A DNA stretch of 32,000 nucleotides from Halomicronema hongdechloris C2206 (GTDB lineage Bacteria > Cyanobacteriota > Cyanobacteriia > Phormidesmidales > Phormidesmidaceae), in NCBI RefSeq assembly GCF_002075285.3, contig NZ_CP021983.2, forward strand, positions 3,030,001 to 3,062,000. The letters are read 5' to 3'. A program made the translations under genes and the position numbers. Each line of letters starts with the position of its first letter. Within the stretch, counting starts at the first letter, position 1. This document shows positions 1 through 8,174 of the stretch, in pieces. Under the pieces are notes generated by a model. That model did no database searches. It saw nothing but the letters and a program-made list of their open reading frames with translations, and had not been told where the DNA came from.

Positions 1-2
1 CC

Positions 3-782
3 CCTTCGCTGGGGAGCCTGACTCTACGAGCCTTAACACGAGTGGCTCAGGGCGATCGCGAGGGCGCGTTACGAGATTTTCAACAAGCGATCGCGGCAGA
101 AGAACCGGCTGACCCCAGTGGCTCTGCTTGGGCCAGAACCCTGCTGGGCCGGTTCTACGCTCAGCAAGGTGATCACGATCTGGCCGAACCGCTGTACCGC
201 GAAGCTTTGGTGATTGATCCCAATAACACGCTGGCCCGCCTTCAACTGGCCGTGCTGAAAACCCGACTGGGCCACTATCGCGCGGCTGAACGCCACTATG
301 CCCAGGTCAATGATCCGGTAGCGCTGCATGGATTGGCCCGGGTGCGATCGCTGCGCGGCGTGGCGACAACCGATGCCTGGGACACCGCTGAATCCGCCCT
401 GCGCGAACACATCGACGAGAATGCCCTGGGGCACCGTCGCGACCTGGCTCATCTGCTGCTGGAACGCGGCCATGGTGAAGATGTGCCTGAAGCGATCGCG
501 CTCCTGCAAACTGAGGTCCAAAATCGCCGCGATGCCGCAACGCTGGACCTGCTCGCCTGGGCTTTGACGCGGGGCGATCGCTGGCAAGAAGCTCAACAAG
601 TCATTCAAGAGGCGCTGGATCACGGCATTCGAGACGCTGGTATCTTTTACCGAGCCGGCGTGATTGAGGCGGCTCTGAAGCATCCCCAGCAAGCGGAGCG
701 CTATTTTCAGCAAGCCCAAGAGGCCGATCCGACGTTTGATGATCAGGTCCGCCACAGACTTGGTCTCGTTGCCCATCCTTAA
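3..782 (+). CDS. TPR repeat protein (5'-partial, continues left of window)
   Basis: Frame 3 is open from nt 3 with no stop, so the GTG at 42 is probably internal. Repeated TPR-like helices are present (e.g. AEPLYREALVIDPNNTLARLQLAVL). Stop TAA at 780-782. Confidence 0.75.
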   Translation, partial: PSLGSLTLRALTRVAQGDREGALRDFQQAIAAEEPADPSGSAWARTLLGRFYAQQGDHDLAEPLYREALVIDPNNTLARLQLAVLKTRLGHYRAAERHYAQVNDPVALHGLARVRSLRGVATTDAWDTAESALREHIDENALGHRRDLAHLLLERGHGEDVPEAIALLQTEVQNRRDAATLDLLAWALTRGDRWQEAQQVIQEALDHGIRDAGIFYRAGVIEAALKHPQQAERYFQQAQEADPTFDDQVRHRLGLVAHP

Positions 783-792
783 ATCTGTCGCC

Positions 793-2211
793 ATGCTGCC
801 AAAACGCCACCGATACAGTTTGCTCAGTCTCTTGGCTGGGATGATCGCGATTGGGCTGAGTCTCGTCACGACGAGTCCGAGCCTGGCTCACTGGGACGAT
901 TTGGCTGCCGCCAAGCTGGTTGTGGGGGACACTGAGGTGCAGATGACCCTGACCTACCCCACCCGGTTGACCGCTTTTGCCGATGATGATGGCAATGGGC
1001 AACTCGCAGTTGCTGAGATTGACCGCCATCAGACTGCCTTGCAAGCGTTTTTGGGCGATCGCATTGCCTTAAAGGATGGCCTGAATCGTCTCGGCAGTCT
1101 GCAGGTGCAATCGGGAGAGGCGTTTGCCTCACCCATGTTGTCGGCGGCACCAGACAGCCATTCCACTTTGCAGCTTACCTATCGCTGGCCGGATGCGATG
1201 CAGGGCTTGGTGATGAACTACACCCTGTTTGTCCCCAATGCGCCAGAGGCCAGTTGTCTCGCCACCCTTGTCCAAGGGAATGAGTTGACGACCCATGTCT
1301 TTACGCCTCAGCAACCGACCTTCGCGTTGATGCCCGGGGGATTAAGATTCGGCGCAGGCACGTGGCTGTTGCCGTTGATCGGAGCCTTTGTTTGGGGGGC
1401 GGTGCATTCGCTGTCACCCGGGCACGGCAAAACCTTGATTGGTGCTTACCTGGTGGGCGAACGGGCCACGCCGTTACACGCGATTTTTCTGGCGATGACG
1501 ACCACTGTCACCCATACGCTTGGGGTGATTGCACTGGGCTTAGTGACGTTGTTGGCGGCACGCTATATTCTGCCCGAGCAGCTTTATCCCTGGCTGAGTT
1601 TGATCTCAGGGAGCTTAGTGATCGCGATCGGGCTCAATCTGCTTTGGCAACGGCGACGGCGGACGACGGCTGTGATAAGCGGACAGGTCCATTCCCATGG
1701 ACACGATCATGCTCATGCGCCGCATGCGCAGACTCATCCTCACGATCCCGGACATGTCCACCATCATTGCCACGATGCCGGCGGCGATCGCCATCATCAC
1801 CCCAGCCATTCCCATGCTCACCACCCCGCTGATCACGTCCACACCCACAGTAGGCATACCCATTCCCATCTACCGCTGACGACGGACAGCACGCCGGTAA
1901 CCTGGCGCAATTTACTCATGCTCGGATTCTCAGGCGGATTAGTGCCCTGTCCCGCTGCGCTGGTGCTGCTGTTGGGGGCGATCGCCCTGGGCAATACCCT
2001 GTCTGGTCTGGTGCTGGTGCTGGCCTTCAGTTTAGGGCTGGCAAGCGTGCTAACCGGGTTAGGGCTGCTGCTGGTGTATGCCAGACAGGTATTTCAACGG
2101 ATTCCAACGCCGCGTCTACCGCTGATGCAATGGCTACCCGCGATCAGTGCGCTAGGCATCACAGTTATTGGAATCGGCATTTCGACCCGATCTATTTTGC
2201 AGATTTTCTAA
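793..2211 (+). CDS. NicO/RcnA-family nickel/cobalt transporter with N-terminal periplasmic domain and His-rich loop
   Basis: ATG at 793 lies 11 nt after the upstream stop and is followed by a hydrophobic anchor. HSLSPGHGKT motif plus multiple TM helices. The loop SGQVHSHGHDHAHAPH...HTHSRHTHSH has about 26 His in about 65 residues. Confidence 0.8.
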   Translation: MLPKRHRYSLLSLLAGMIAIGLSLVTTSPSLAHWDDLAAAKLVVGDTEVQMTLTYPTRLTAFADDDGNGQLAVAEIDRHQTALQAFLGDRIALKDGLNRLGSLQVQSGEAFASPMLSAAPDSHSTLQLTYRWPDAMQGLVMNYTLFVPNAPEASCLATLVQGNELTTHVFTPQQPTFALMPGGLRFGAGTWLLPLIGAFVWGAVHSLSPGHGKTLIGAYLVGERATPLHAIFLAMTTTVTHTLGVIALGLVTLLAARYILPEQLYPWLSLISGSLVIAIGLNLLWQRRRRTTAVISGQVHSHGHDHAHAPHAQTHPHDPGHVHHHCHDAGGDRHHHPSHSHAHHPADHVHTHSRHTHSHLPLTTDSTPVTWRNLLMLGFSGGLVPCPAALVLLLGAIALGNTLSGLVLVLAFSLGLASVLTGLGLLLVYARQVFQRIPTPRLPLMQWLPAISALGITVIGIGISTRSILQIF

Positions 2212-2251
2212 CGCCGATCTTCTAACGCCGTATTCATCAGGGATTGTGACC

Positions 2252-2545
2252 ATGCTTTACCATTGGCGCTGGCTGATACCGCTACCAACCCTGTTTCTAG
2301 GGCTGTCTCCCGGCTTCGCCGAGAGCAATCCGACGGGATTTTCGCGACCGCATGATCCCATGGTGCTACCGTCAGAGGTGGATACCCTGGTTTGCTACAT
2401 GGAAACCGGCAGCGGCGAAATCATTAACTTAGAACGCATCTGTAATCCCGCGTTTGACCCCGCAGGCGATAGAGTCTTAAACCCGGAAGCGGCCTGTTAC
2501 TTTGTGGATACCAACGGTCGCCCCTGTCCACCAAAAAGCGAATAA
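2252..2545 (+). CDS. hypothetical small secreted protein (signal peptide, several Cys)
   Basis: ATG at 2252 gives MLYHWRWLIPLPTLFLGLSPGFAES, which looks like a signal peptide. The longer ORF start at 2168 overlaps the transporter. No recognisable family. Confidence 0.45.
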   Translation: MLYHWRWLIPLPTLFLGLSPGFAESNPTGFSRPHDPMVLPSEVDTLVCYMETGSGEIINLERICNPAFDPAGDRVLNPEAACYFVDTNGRPCPPKSE

Positions 2546-2576
2546 AACCATCGTCTTCGCCGATGCCTGATTGTTG

Positions 2577-3096
2577 TTAGCAGAGCTTGCGAGAATTATG
2601 TATCGCCTGCGTTTTGTAGCAAAGCCAGACACGCAGGACTTCAGCTACTGTCCAAGCCTGGGCAAAAGCCCCGCGTGGAGCGTGGGGCGGATCCCCATCA
2701 AAGATTTCGCTGAGGGTGCCAACACAGCCCCCCCTGGAGATGGGCAATCAACGGCATCAGAAAACGGCGCGCTGCAGCAGGATCCCAATACACCTGCCTG
2801 TGTGCCTGCACAAAAGGCTCCATGAGCCAACCCCACACCGTTCCCTGGTGGTAGCTGCCGTCCCGCTGCACTGGGTCACCGCCAGAAGCTAATTGGGCCG
2901 TAACAACGCAGGGTCGTGGCTTCCGGCCATCCAGCACGTCATAGCAGTAACCCAGTTTCTCATTCCAGAAGCGTTGAAAGCCCTTTTGGGTTTGATTGAG
3001 CAGGGTTTGGTAACGGCGATCGCACCAGAAAATTAGGCTCTGCAAGTCTACCAACCTAGCTACCCAGTATGAGTAGCCGCAAAGGAGTAGCCGCAA
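2577..3096 (-). pseudogene. glycogen debranching enzyme (amylo-alpha-1,6-glucosidase, GDE_C family) C-terminal remnant, frameshifted
   Basis: The minus strand encodes YHQGTVWGWLMEPFVQAH...LIAHLQGG. After a frame change in the C7/G7 run (2728-2734) it continues GTLSEIFDGDPPHAPRGAFAQAWTVAEVLRVW to a TAA at 2577-2579. Only the last ~170 aa of a normally much longer enzyme are present, and the part before YHQGT looks internally shortened. Confidence 0.7.
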
Positions 3097-3210
3097 GAAA
3101 GTAACAGCGACGCAAGAATCAGATAGCTGGGCTTGAGCGATTTACCTAGGCTGGAATGGTCAGTGCACAAGGCGTAGAAAAAAATTTTGTAGCCCTGAGG
3201 ATTTATCACC

Positions 3211-3699
3211 ATGACCCCAACTAAATCCCAAAAAGTCGTTCCCTGTCTGTGGTTTGATGGCGACGCTGAAGAAGCGGCACAGTTTTATGTTTCGTTACTT
3301 CCCGATTCGAGAATCGACCGTGTCTTGAAATCGCCGGCTGACACACCAAGCGGCCCCGCAGGGATGGTGCTGACCGTGGAATTCACGTTGGCTGGGGCGA
3401 AATATATGGGGCTGAACGGCGGCCCGCAGTTTCCATTCACTGAAGCCGTGTCGTTCCAGATCTACTGCGACGATCAGTCTGAGGTCGATCGACTATGGGC
3501 TGCACTTGCGGATGGCGGCTCAGAAGTCGCCTGTGGCTGGATCAAGGATCGTTGGGGGCTGTCTTGGCAGATCGTTCCGACCCGACTGATCGAATTGCTC
3601 AACGATCCCGACCCGGACCGCGCTCGACGAGCGCAGGAAGCGATGATGAAGATGGTGAAGATTGACATCTCCGAGATCGAGCAGGCGGCAAACGGATGA
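3211..3699 (+). CDS. VOC-superfamily protein (PhnB / 3-demethylubiquinone methyltransferase-like fold)
   Basis: VVPCLWFDGDAEEAAQFYVSLLPDS...CGWIKDRWGLSWQIVP is typical of this family. Confidence 0.8.
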   Translation: MTPTKSQKVVPCLWFDGDAEEAAQFYVSLLPDSRIDRVLKSPADTPSGPAGMVLTVEFTLAGAKYMGLNGGPQFPFTEAVSFQIYCDDQSEVDRLWAALADGGSEVACGWIKDRWGLSWQIVPTRLIELLNDPDPDRARRAQEAMMKMVKIDISEIEQAANG

Positions 3700-3863
3700 T
3701 CTTGCTCCGCGGATCAAGCCGACTGCGGGATAACAATCGCATACACCGGAGCCGCCGATCTGGGCGTTTTGACATGATTGCATCACTCGCAGCGACCCGA
3801 TGAGCTTGGCACGTTAGCGCGCATGGCCAAAACCCGTTTCTTAAAAACGACAGGAGTGTTCCC

Positions 3864-4532
3864 ATGAGAAGGCTTATCGTATCAACGTTTGCGTCGCTTG
3901 ACGGCATCATGCAAGCACCCGGCGGACCGGAAGAAGACCCAACTGGCGGTTTTACCCTCGGCGGCTGGATGTTCAACTACTGGGACGAAGCCATGGACCT
4001 CTCAGCATCAGGTTTCGACGGCAAAGATCGAGAGCTGGTGCTCGGTCGTAGGACCTATGAGATATTCGAAGCGTACTGGCCATACCAGCCCGATGACGAT
4101 CCGACTGCGAGGACGCTCAATGCAGCAAGAAAATATGTGGCTTCGCGCACATTGACGACGCTTCACTGGCACAACTCGACCCTGCTCTCCGGCGATGTCG
4201 TCTCGGCCATCATCGCTCTCAAGACCCAACCAGGCCCTGACCTGCAGATTATTGGCAGCGGCAATTTGATTCAAACGCTGCAGTCCGCATTCCTGATAGA
4301 CGAGTACAACGTGTGGACTTTTCCAGTGGTGCTGGGGCGGGGCAAGCGCCTCTTCGGTGAGACTGCCAAGCCATTGGCGCTGCGGCTCGTTCGCTCTCAG
4401 GTTTCGACCACTGGCGTGGTGATGAGTACCTATGTGCCAGTTGGCGATATCCAGCCCGGTTTGATCGCGAGTGACGAGCCGAGTGAGCAGGAGTTGGCGC
4501 GACGCAAAAAGATGGCGAATGAGATGCGGTGA
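3864..4532 (+). CDS. dihydrofolate reductase family protein (RibD C-terminal domain type)
   Basis: MRRLIVSTFASLDGIMQAPGGPEED...LVLGRRTYEIFEAYWP...IIGSGNLIQTL. AGGAG lies upstream of the ATG. Confidence 0.8.
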   Translation: MRRLIVSTFASLDGIMQAPGGPEEDPTGGFTLGGWMFNYWDEAMDLSASGFDGKDRELVLGRRTYEIFEAYWPYQPDDDPTARTLNAARKYVASRTLTTLHWHNSTLLSGDVVSAIIALKTQPGPDLQIIGSGNLIQTLQSAFLIDEYNVWTFPVVLGRGKRLFGETAKPLALRLVRSQVSTTGVVMSTYVPVGDIQPGLIASDEPSEQELARRKKMANEMR

Positions 4533-4787
4533 TGTGAATTCGGGGCGCGGCTTAATTCAGGTGTTGGATGGCACATCTTGTTTATTCGCGGTGCTTCCAG
4601 CCATGCATAGAATCTGAAAATTGCTCGCAAGATTGTGATAATGCCGCAGGAATCAGATAGCTGAGCACAAGGTGTTTGCCTAAGCTGAAAGGGTGATTGA
4701 TGCAGGAGGAGCTATGACATGTCCGCTCTACGTTAGCGCCGTTGTTCTGATGCTTCATCGTGCATTGGACTTTCAAAGGGAGAAAAC

Positions 4788-5291
4788 ATGGCTACTAAAA
4801 TTCTTGTGAACTTACCGGTAAGCAATCTCAATTTGAAGCTGTTCGAGGCACTCGGTTGTGGGCTAGTAGCAGGAGTTTTCTTTGCCTTCTCGACCTTTGT
4901 GATGCCGGCTCTTGCTCGACTCCCCCCACCACAGGGGATTGCCGCGATGCAAGCCATGATTATTACAGCGATCAACCCATTGTTCATGCTGGCAATCTTC
5001 GGAACGGCAGCGGCTTGCCTCTTTCTAGCTATCTCCTCGCTGTTCAAGTGGCAGCAACCCGGTGCCGTTTACTTGCTCGCCGGTAGCCTGCTCTATCTTG
5101 TCGGCGCAGTAGGAGTGACAGGCATTTTCAATGTGCCGCTGAACGATGCACTGGCGATCGTTGATCCAGGCAGTACTGACGGTGCGAGCCTGTGGAGCAG
5201 CTTCCTGACCAACTGGACAAACTGGAACCATGTTCGGACAGCAGCAGCACTGGCAGCAGCGGCATCGTTCACCATTGCGCTCGGTGATTGA
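4788..5291 (+). CDS. DUF1772 (anthrone oxygenase-like) membrane protein
   Basis: Four hydrophobic segments. NVPLNDAL and W..W..WNHVRT motifs. GGGAGAAAAC lies before the ATG. Confidence 0.7.
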   Translation: MATKILVNLPVSNLNLKLFEALGCGLVAGVFFAFSTFVMPALARLPPPQGIAAMQAMIITAINPLFMLAIFGTAAACLFLAISSLFKWQQPGAVYLLAGSLLYLVGAVGVTGIFNVPLNDALAIVDPGSTDGASLWSSFLTNWTNWNHVRTAAALAAAASFTIALGD

Positions 5292-5412
5292 GTAGACGTG
5301 TGGCCCTGCAGGGTGTGGCAGCTTATTGCGTAGAAGGAGGAGAGAAAATGAAGCTACATGACAGCTAATCAAAACTCGAACGAATCATTATTCCTGTCAT
5401 GAGGCAATTCTG

Positions 5413-5634
5413 ATGAAGGTCAGCACTGAACGAAAAATAATGCGGTGGATTCACATCGTTTTAAGCTTCCCGATCGTCGGCTATATCTACGAACCCGTCG
5501 CAGGTAAACCTAACGCAGCATTCGCCGCCACCCAATTTGTCTTTGTTCCAATTGTGATCCTCTCTGGACTATGGATGTGGAAAGGGCAGGATGTTCGGAA
5601 ATGGCTGAAACGCTCAGGCCACAAGCAGCGGTAA
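5413..5634 (+). CDS. hypothetical small two-TM membrane protein
   Basis: 73-aa ORF with two hydrophobic helices and a basic tail. An alternative start is at 5440. No family recognised. Confidence 0.4.
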   Translation: MKVSTERKIMRWIHIVLSFPIVGYIYEPVAGKPNAAFAATQFVFVPIVILSGLWMWKGQDVRKWLKRSGHKQR

Positions 5635-5660
5635 ATAAACAAGCTGAGCACGTCATGACC

Positions 5661-5763
5661 GGAGCGCCGGGCATTTCTCGCACCAACCCTTCGGGCAAGT
5701 GCCATGATTGATCGATGGAGATATCTCGATCTTCGAGAGCGGGGCGATTCTACTTCATCGGGC
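5661..5763 (+). pseudogene. internal fragment of a glutathione S-transferase gene (paralog of 12891-12994)
   Basis: About 100 nt are nearly identical to the interior of the intact GST at 12755-13393 (ggagcgccg.gcatttctcgcaccaacccttcgggcaagtgccatg...). It has no start codon and no 3' part. Confidence 0.7.
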
Positions 5764-5850
5764 GTTAGGCGGCATAGAAATTTCGGCTCCACTTCACAAA
5801 GATAGTCAAAGGAACTCACAATCGTTCGCTGTTTATGCAGACTCAGGAGA

Positions 5851-6246
5851 ATGCCGATGACCATAGAACTTGATCACACGATCGTTCCTTCTCGCAGTCA
5901 AGTGAAGTCGGCCAAGCTCTTGGCAGAACTCCTTGGGGTTTCGTGGGCTGAGAAGAGTGTTGGTCCATTTTCGCCTGTCTACATCAATAGTGGGCTAACG
6001 CTCGACTTCCAGGAAACGGATGAAGAGTTCCCCATCTATCACGTTTGCTTCAGGGTCACAGAAGACGAGTTTGATACCATTCTTGACCGGATCAAAGCGG
6101 CTGGAATCAAGTACCGCAGCACGTTGCGGGGACGCATGGATATGCAAATCAACACCGCGTTTGGAGGCCGTATGATCTACTGGAACGAGCCAGACGGACA
6201 CCAATGGGAAATGTTGACGGTCAGCTATGCTCGGCAGGAAAGTTGA
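5851..6246 (+). CDS. VOC family protein (glyoxalase/bleomycin-resistance fold)
   Basis: LDHTIVPSRSQVKSAKLLAELLG...YHVCFRVTEDEFDTILDRIKAAGIKY...EPDGHQWEML. AGGAGA lies upstream. Confidence 0.75.
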   Translation: MPMTIELDHTIVPSRSQVKSAKLLAELLGVSWAEKSVGPFSPVYINSGLTLDFQETDEEFPIYHVCFRVTEDEFDTILDRIKAAGIKYRSTLRGRMDMQINTAFGGRMIYWNEPDGHQWEMLTVSYARQES

Positions 6247-6295
6247 TTCTTGGTTTCTGGGCGCTGCCACATCACAGACATAGGAGAACACAGAC

Positions 6296-7021
6296 ATGAA
6301 CAAAGGCGTTCTTATCACCACCGACACCCTGCAGACGCAGCGGTTCTACCATGGCACACGGGCTGAGCTGAAGCCAGGAGACCTGATCGAGCCTAGCACC
6401 GATGAGCGGGACAGGACGACACCCGATGTCTACCTGACCCCCAATCTGGATGCAGCCATCTGGGAGGCAGAACTCGCGATCGGCGAAGGTCCCGGCAGAG
6501 TTTACATCGTAGAGCCGATCGGCCAGATTGAAGATGTCTCCGACCTGGCGGATCAGAAGTCTCCAGGACATCCGTCGATATCATGCCGCTCCCGTGAGCC
6601 GTTGCGGGTCACGGGCGAGGTCACGGAGTGGCCTCTTTACCATGGCACTCGGGCTGACCTGAAGCCAGGGGATCTGATTAAGCCGGGCCATACCCCGAAC
6701 TTCGGCAATCAGGATAGGACAACACCCAACGTCTATCTAACTCGCACGTTGGATGCCGCCACGTGGGGAGCGGAGCTGGCCATCGGTGAAGGTCCCGGCA
6801 GAATTTACATCGTGGAACCGACTGGCCCGATTGAAGATGACCCCAATCTGACGAATCAGAAGTTTCGGGGTAATCCGACGAAGTCATTCCGTTCCCGGGA
6901 GCCGCTACGGGTTACAGGCGAGATCACGGATTGGCAGGGGCACTCGCCTGAAGTGCTCAAAGCCATGAAGGACGGACTAGAACGACTTGAGCGACTTGGG
7001 GTTGAGCCAATTGATGACTGA
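6296..7021 (+). CDS. arr: rifampin ADP-ribosyltransferase (Arr family), two Arr domains fused in tandem
   Basis: The second half (YHGTRADLKPGDLI...VYLT...GRIYIVEPTGPIEDDPNLTNQKFRGNPTKSFRSREPLRVTGEITDWQGHSPEVL...) matches Arr-2-like enzymes almost motif for motif. The first half repeats FYHGT, VYLT, YIVEP and SREPLRVTGEVTEW. The DNA shows an in-frame 291-nt (97-codon) offset between the halves. Confidence 0.85.
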   Translation: MNKGVLITTDTLQTQRFYHGTRAELKPGDLIEPSTDERDRTTPDVYLTPNLDAAIWEAELAIGEGPGRVYIVEPIGQIEDVSDLADQKSPGHPSISCRSREPLRVTGEVTEWPLYHGTRADLKPGDLIKPGHTPNFGNQDRTTPNVYLTRTLDAATWGAELAIGEGPGRIYIVEPTGPIEDDPNLTNQKFRGNPTKSFRSREPLRVTGEITDWQGHSPEVLKAMKDGLERLERLGVEPIDD

Positions 7022-7219
7022 ACGAAGGCTACGGCCAAGATTTCTTGTAGCCGCTCAACCAAGGTGTTGAGTTGAGTCAATATTTTTGACTTCTTGTGAC
7101 CTAAAAAATTAATCGACCTGTCGATTTAGACGTTCTCTATTCGACTAAGCAATAGAGCCAGGGGTGAGACGCTGTTCACCCTGGCACTGAGCAAAAACCA
7201 TCCTTCAATAGGAGATTTC

Positions 7220-7645
7220 ATGATGAAAGTAGTGGTTCTAGTCAAAGCGACTCCTGACTCCGAAGCCGGGGTCATGCCTACCGAAGCGATTCTGGCTGAA
7301 ATGGGCCAGTTCAACGAAGAGCTTGTCAAAGCCGGGGTGATGCTGGCGGGTGAGGGACTGCATCCCAGCTCTAAAGGTGTGCGGGTGCAGTTTTCCGGCA
7401 AAAATCGCACCGTCATCGACGGCCCGTTTACGGAAACCAAAGAGCTGGTTGCGGGCTTCTGGCTCTGGCAGGTGCAATCCATGGCAGAAGCGCTTGACTG
7501 GATCAAACGCAGCCCCTTTCAAGACGGCGAAGTCGAAATTCGTCCCATCTTTGCTGACGAAGACTTCGGTGAAGCTTTCACCCCAGAACTCAGGGAACAG
7601 GAAGAGCGCCTGTGCACCGAAATGGAGAAGCAGAAAAGCGCCTAG
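7220..7645 (+). CDS. YciI-like (DGPF domain) protein
   Basis: MMKVVVLVKATPDSEAG...VIDGPFTETKELVAGFWLWQVQSMAEALDW is typical of the YCII-related family. GGAGA lies upstream. Confidence 0.8.
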   Translation: MMKVVVLVKATPDSEAGVMPTEAILAEMGQFNEELVKAGVMLAGEGLHPSSKGVRVQFSGKNRTVIDGPFTETKELVAGFWLWQVQSMAEALDWIKRSPFQDGEVEIRPIFADEDFGEAFTPELREQEERLCTEMEKQKSA

Positions 7646-7762
7646 CGCGGAGTTGAGAAACCCGGTCTCTCGGTTCTCGACGAGCATGTTAGAGGTGCCG
7701 ACAGAGACGGGATTTCTAGAGATGCAGACGTGTAATTTTTCGTATTTTTTTGAGGAGACATC

Positions 7763-8164
7763 ATGGCAACCAATGTTTCCGTGAATCTACCCGTCAAAAA
7801 CCTCCAAAAGTCTGTGGAGTTTTTTACTCATTTGGGCTTTAGATTTAACCCTCAATTTACCGATTAAACGGCCACTTGCATGATTGTCAGCGACGACATT
7901 TATATCATGCTGTTGACCCATGAAAAATTCAAAACGTTCACGCCAAACCCCATTTGTGACGCCACAAAAAGTACCGAGGTGCTGGTGTGTTTGTCGATGG
8001 AGAGTCGCGCCGCTGTGGATGAAATTGTAAGTAACGCGATCGCGGCGGGTGGCAATACATATAGCGAACCGCAAGACCACGGGTTTATGTATGGCCACGG
8101 CTTTCAGGACTTAGACGGCCACATTTGGGAAGTCATGTTTATGGAATCTGACGTAACTTCTTGA
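7763..8164 (+). pseudogene. VOC family (glyoxalase-fold) gene with one in-frame TAA
   Basis: GAGGAG is followed by an ATG at 7763. MATNVSVNLPVKNLQKSVEFFTHLGFRFNPQFTD is followed by TAA (7865-7867), then the same frame continues TATCMIVSDDIYIMLLTHEKFKTF...GFMYGHGFQDLDGHIWEVMFME. Homologs as I recall them read FSDE.AAC at this point, so the stop probably replaces a Glu codon (GAA to TAA). Confidence 0.75.
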
Positions 8165-8174
8165 GGCCAGAAAA

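Noticed and set aside
69-869. Long antisense or alternative-frame ORFs inside GC-rich genes, e.g. 69-869 (-), 1362-1879, 12512-13051 (-), 16553-16876, 18405-19060 (-), 26282-27043 (+).
   Set aside because: These are shadow ORFs typical of GC-rich coding regions. Each overlaps a gene with clear family motifs, and their translations are Arg/Pro/Gly-rich with no motifs.
2571-2825. Plus-strand 84-aa ORF between the secreted-protein gene and the island.
   Set aside because: It lies antisense to the clearly recognisable GDE C-terminal remnant (SEIFDGD...AQAWTVAEVLR) and has no motifs of its own.
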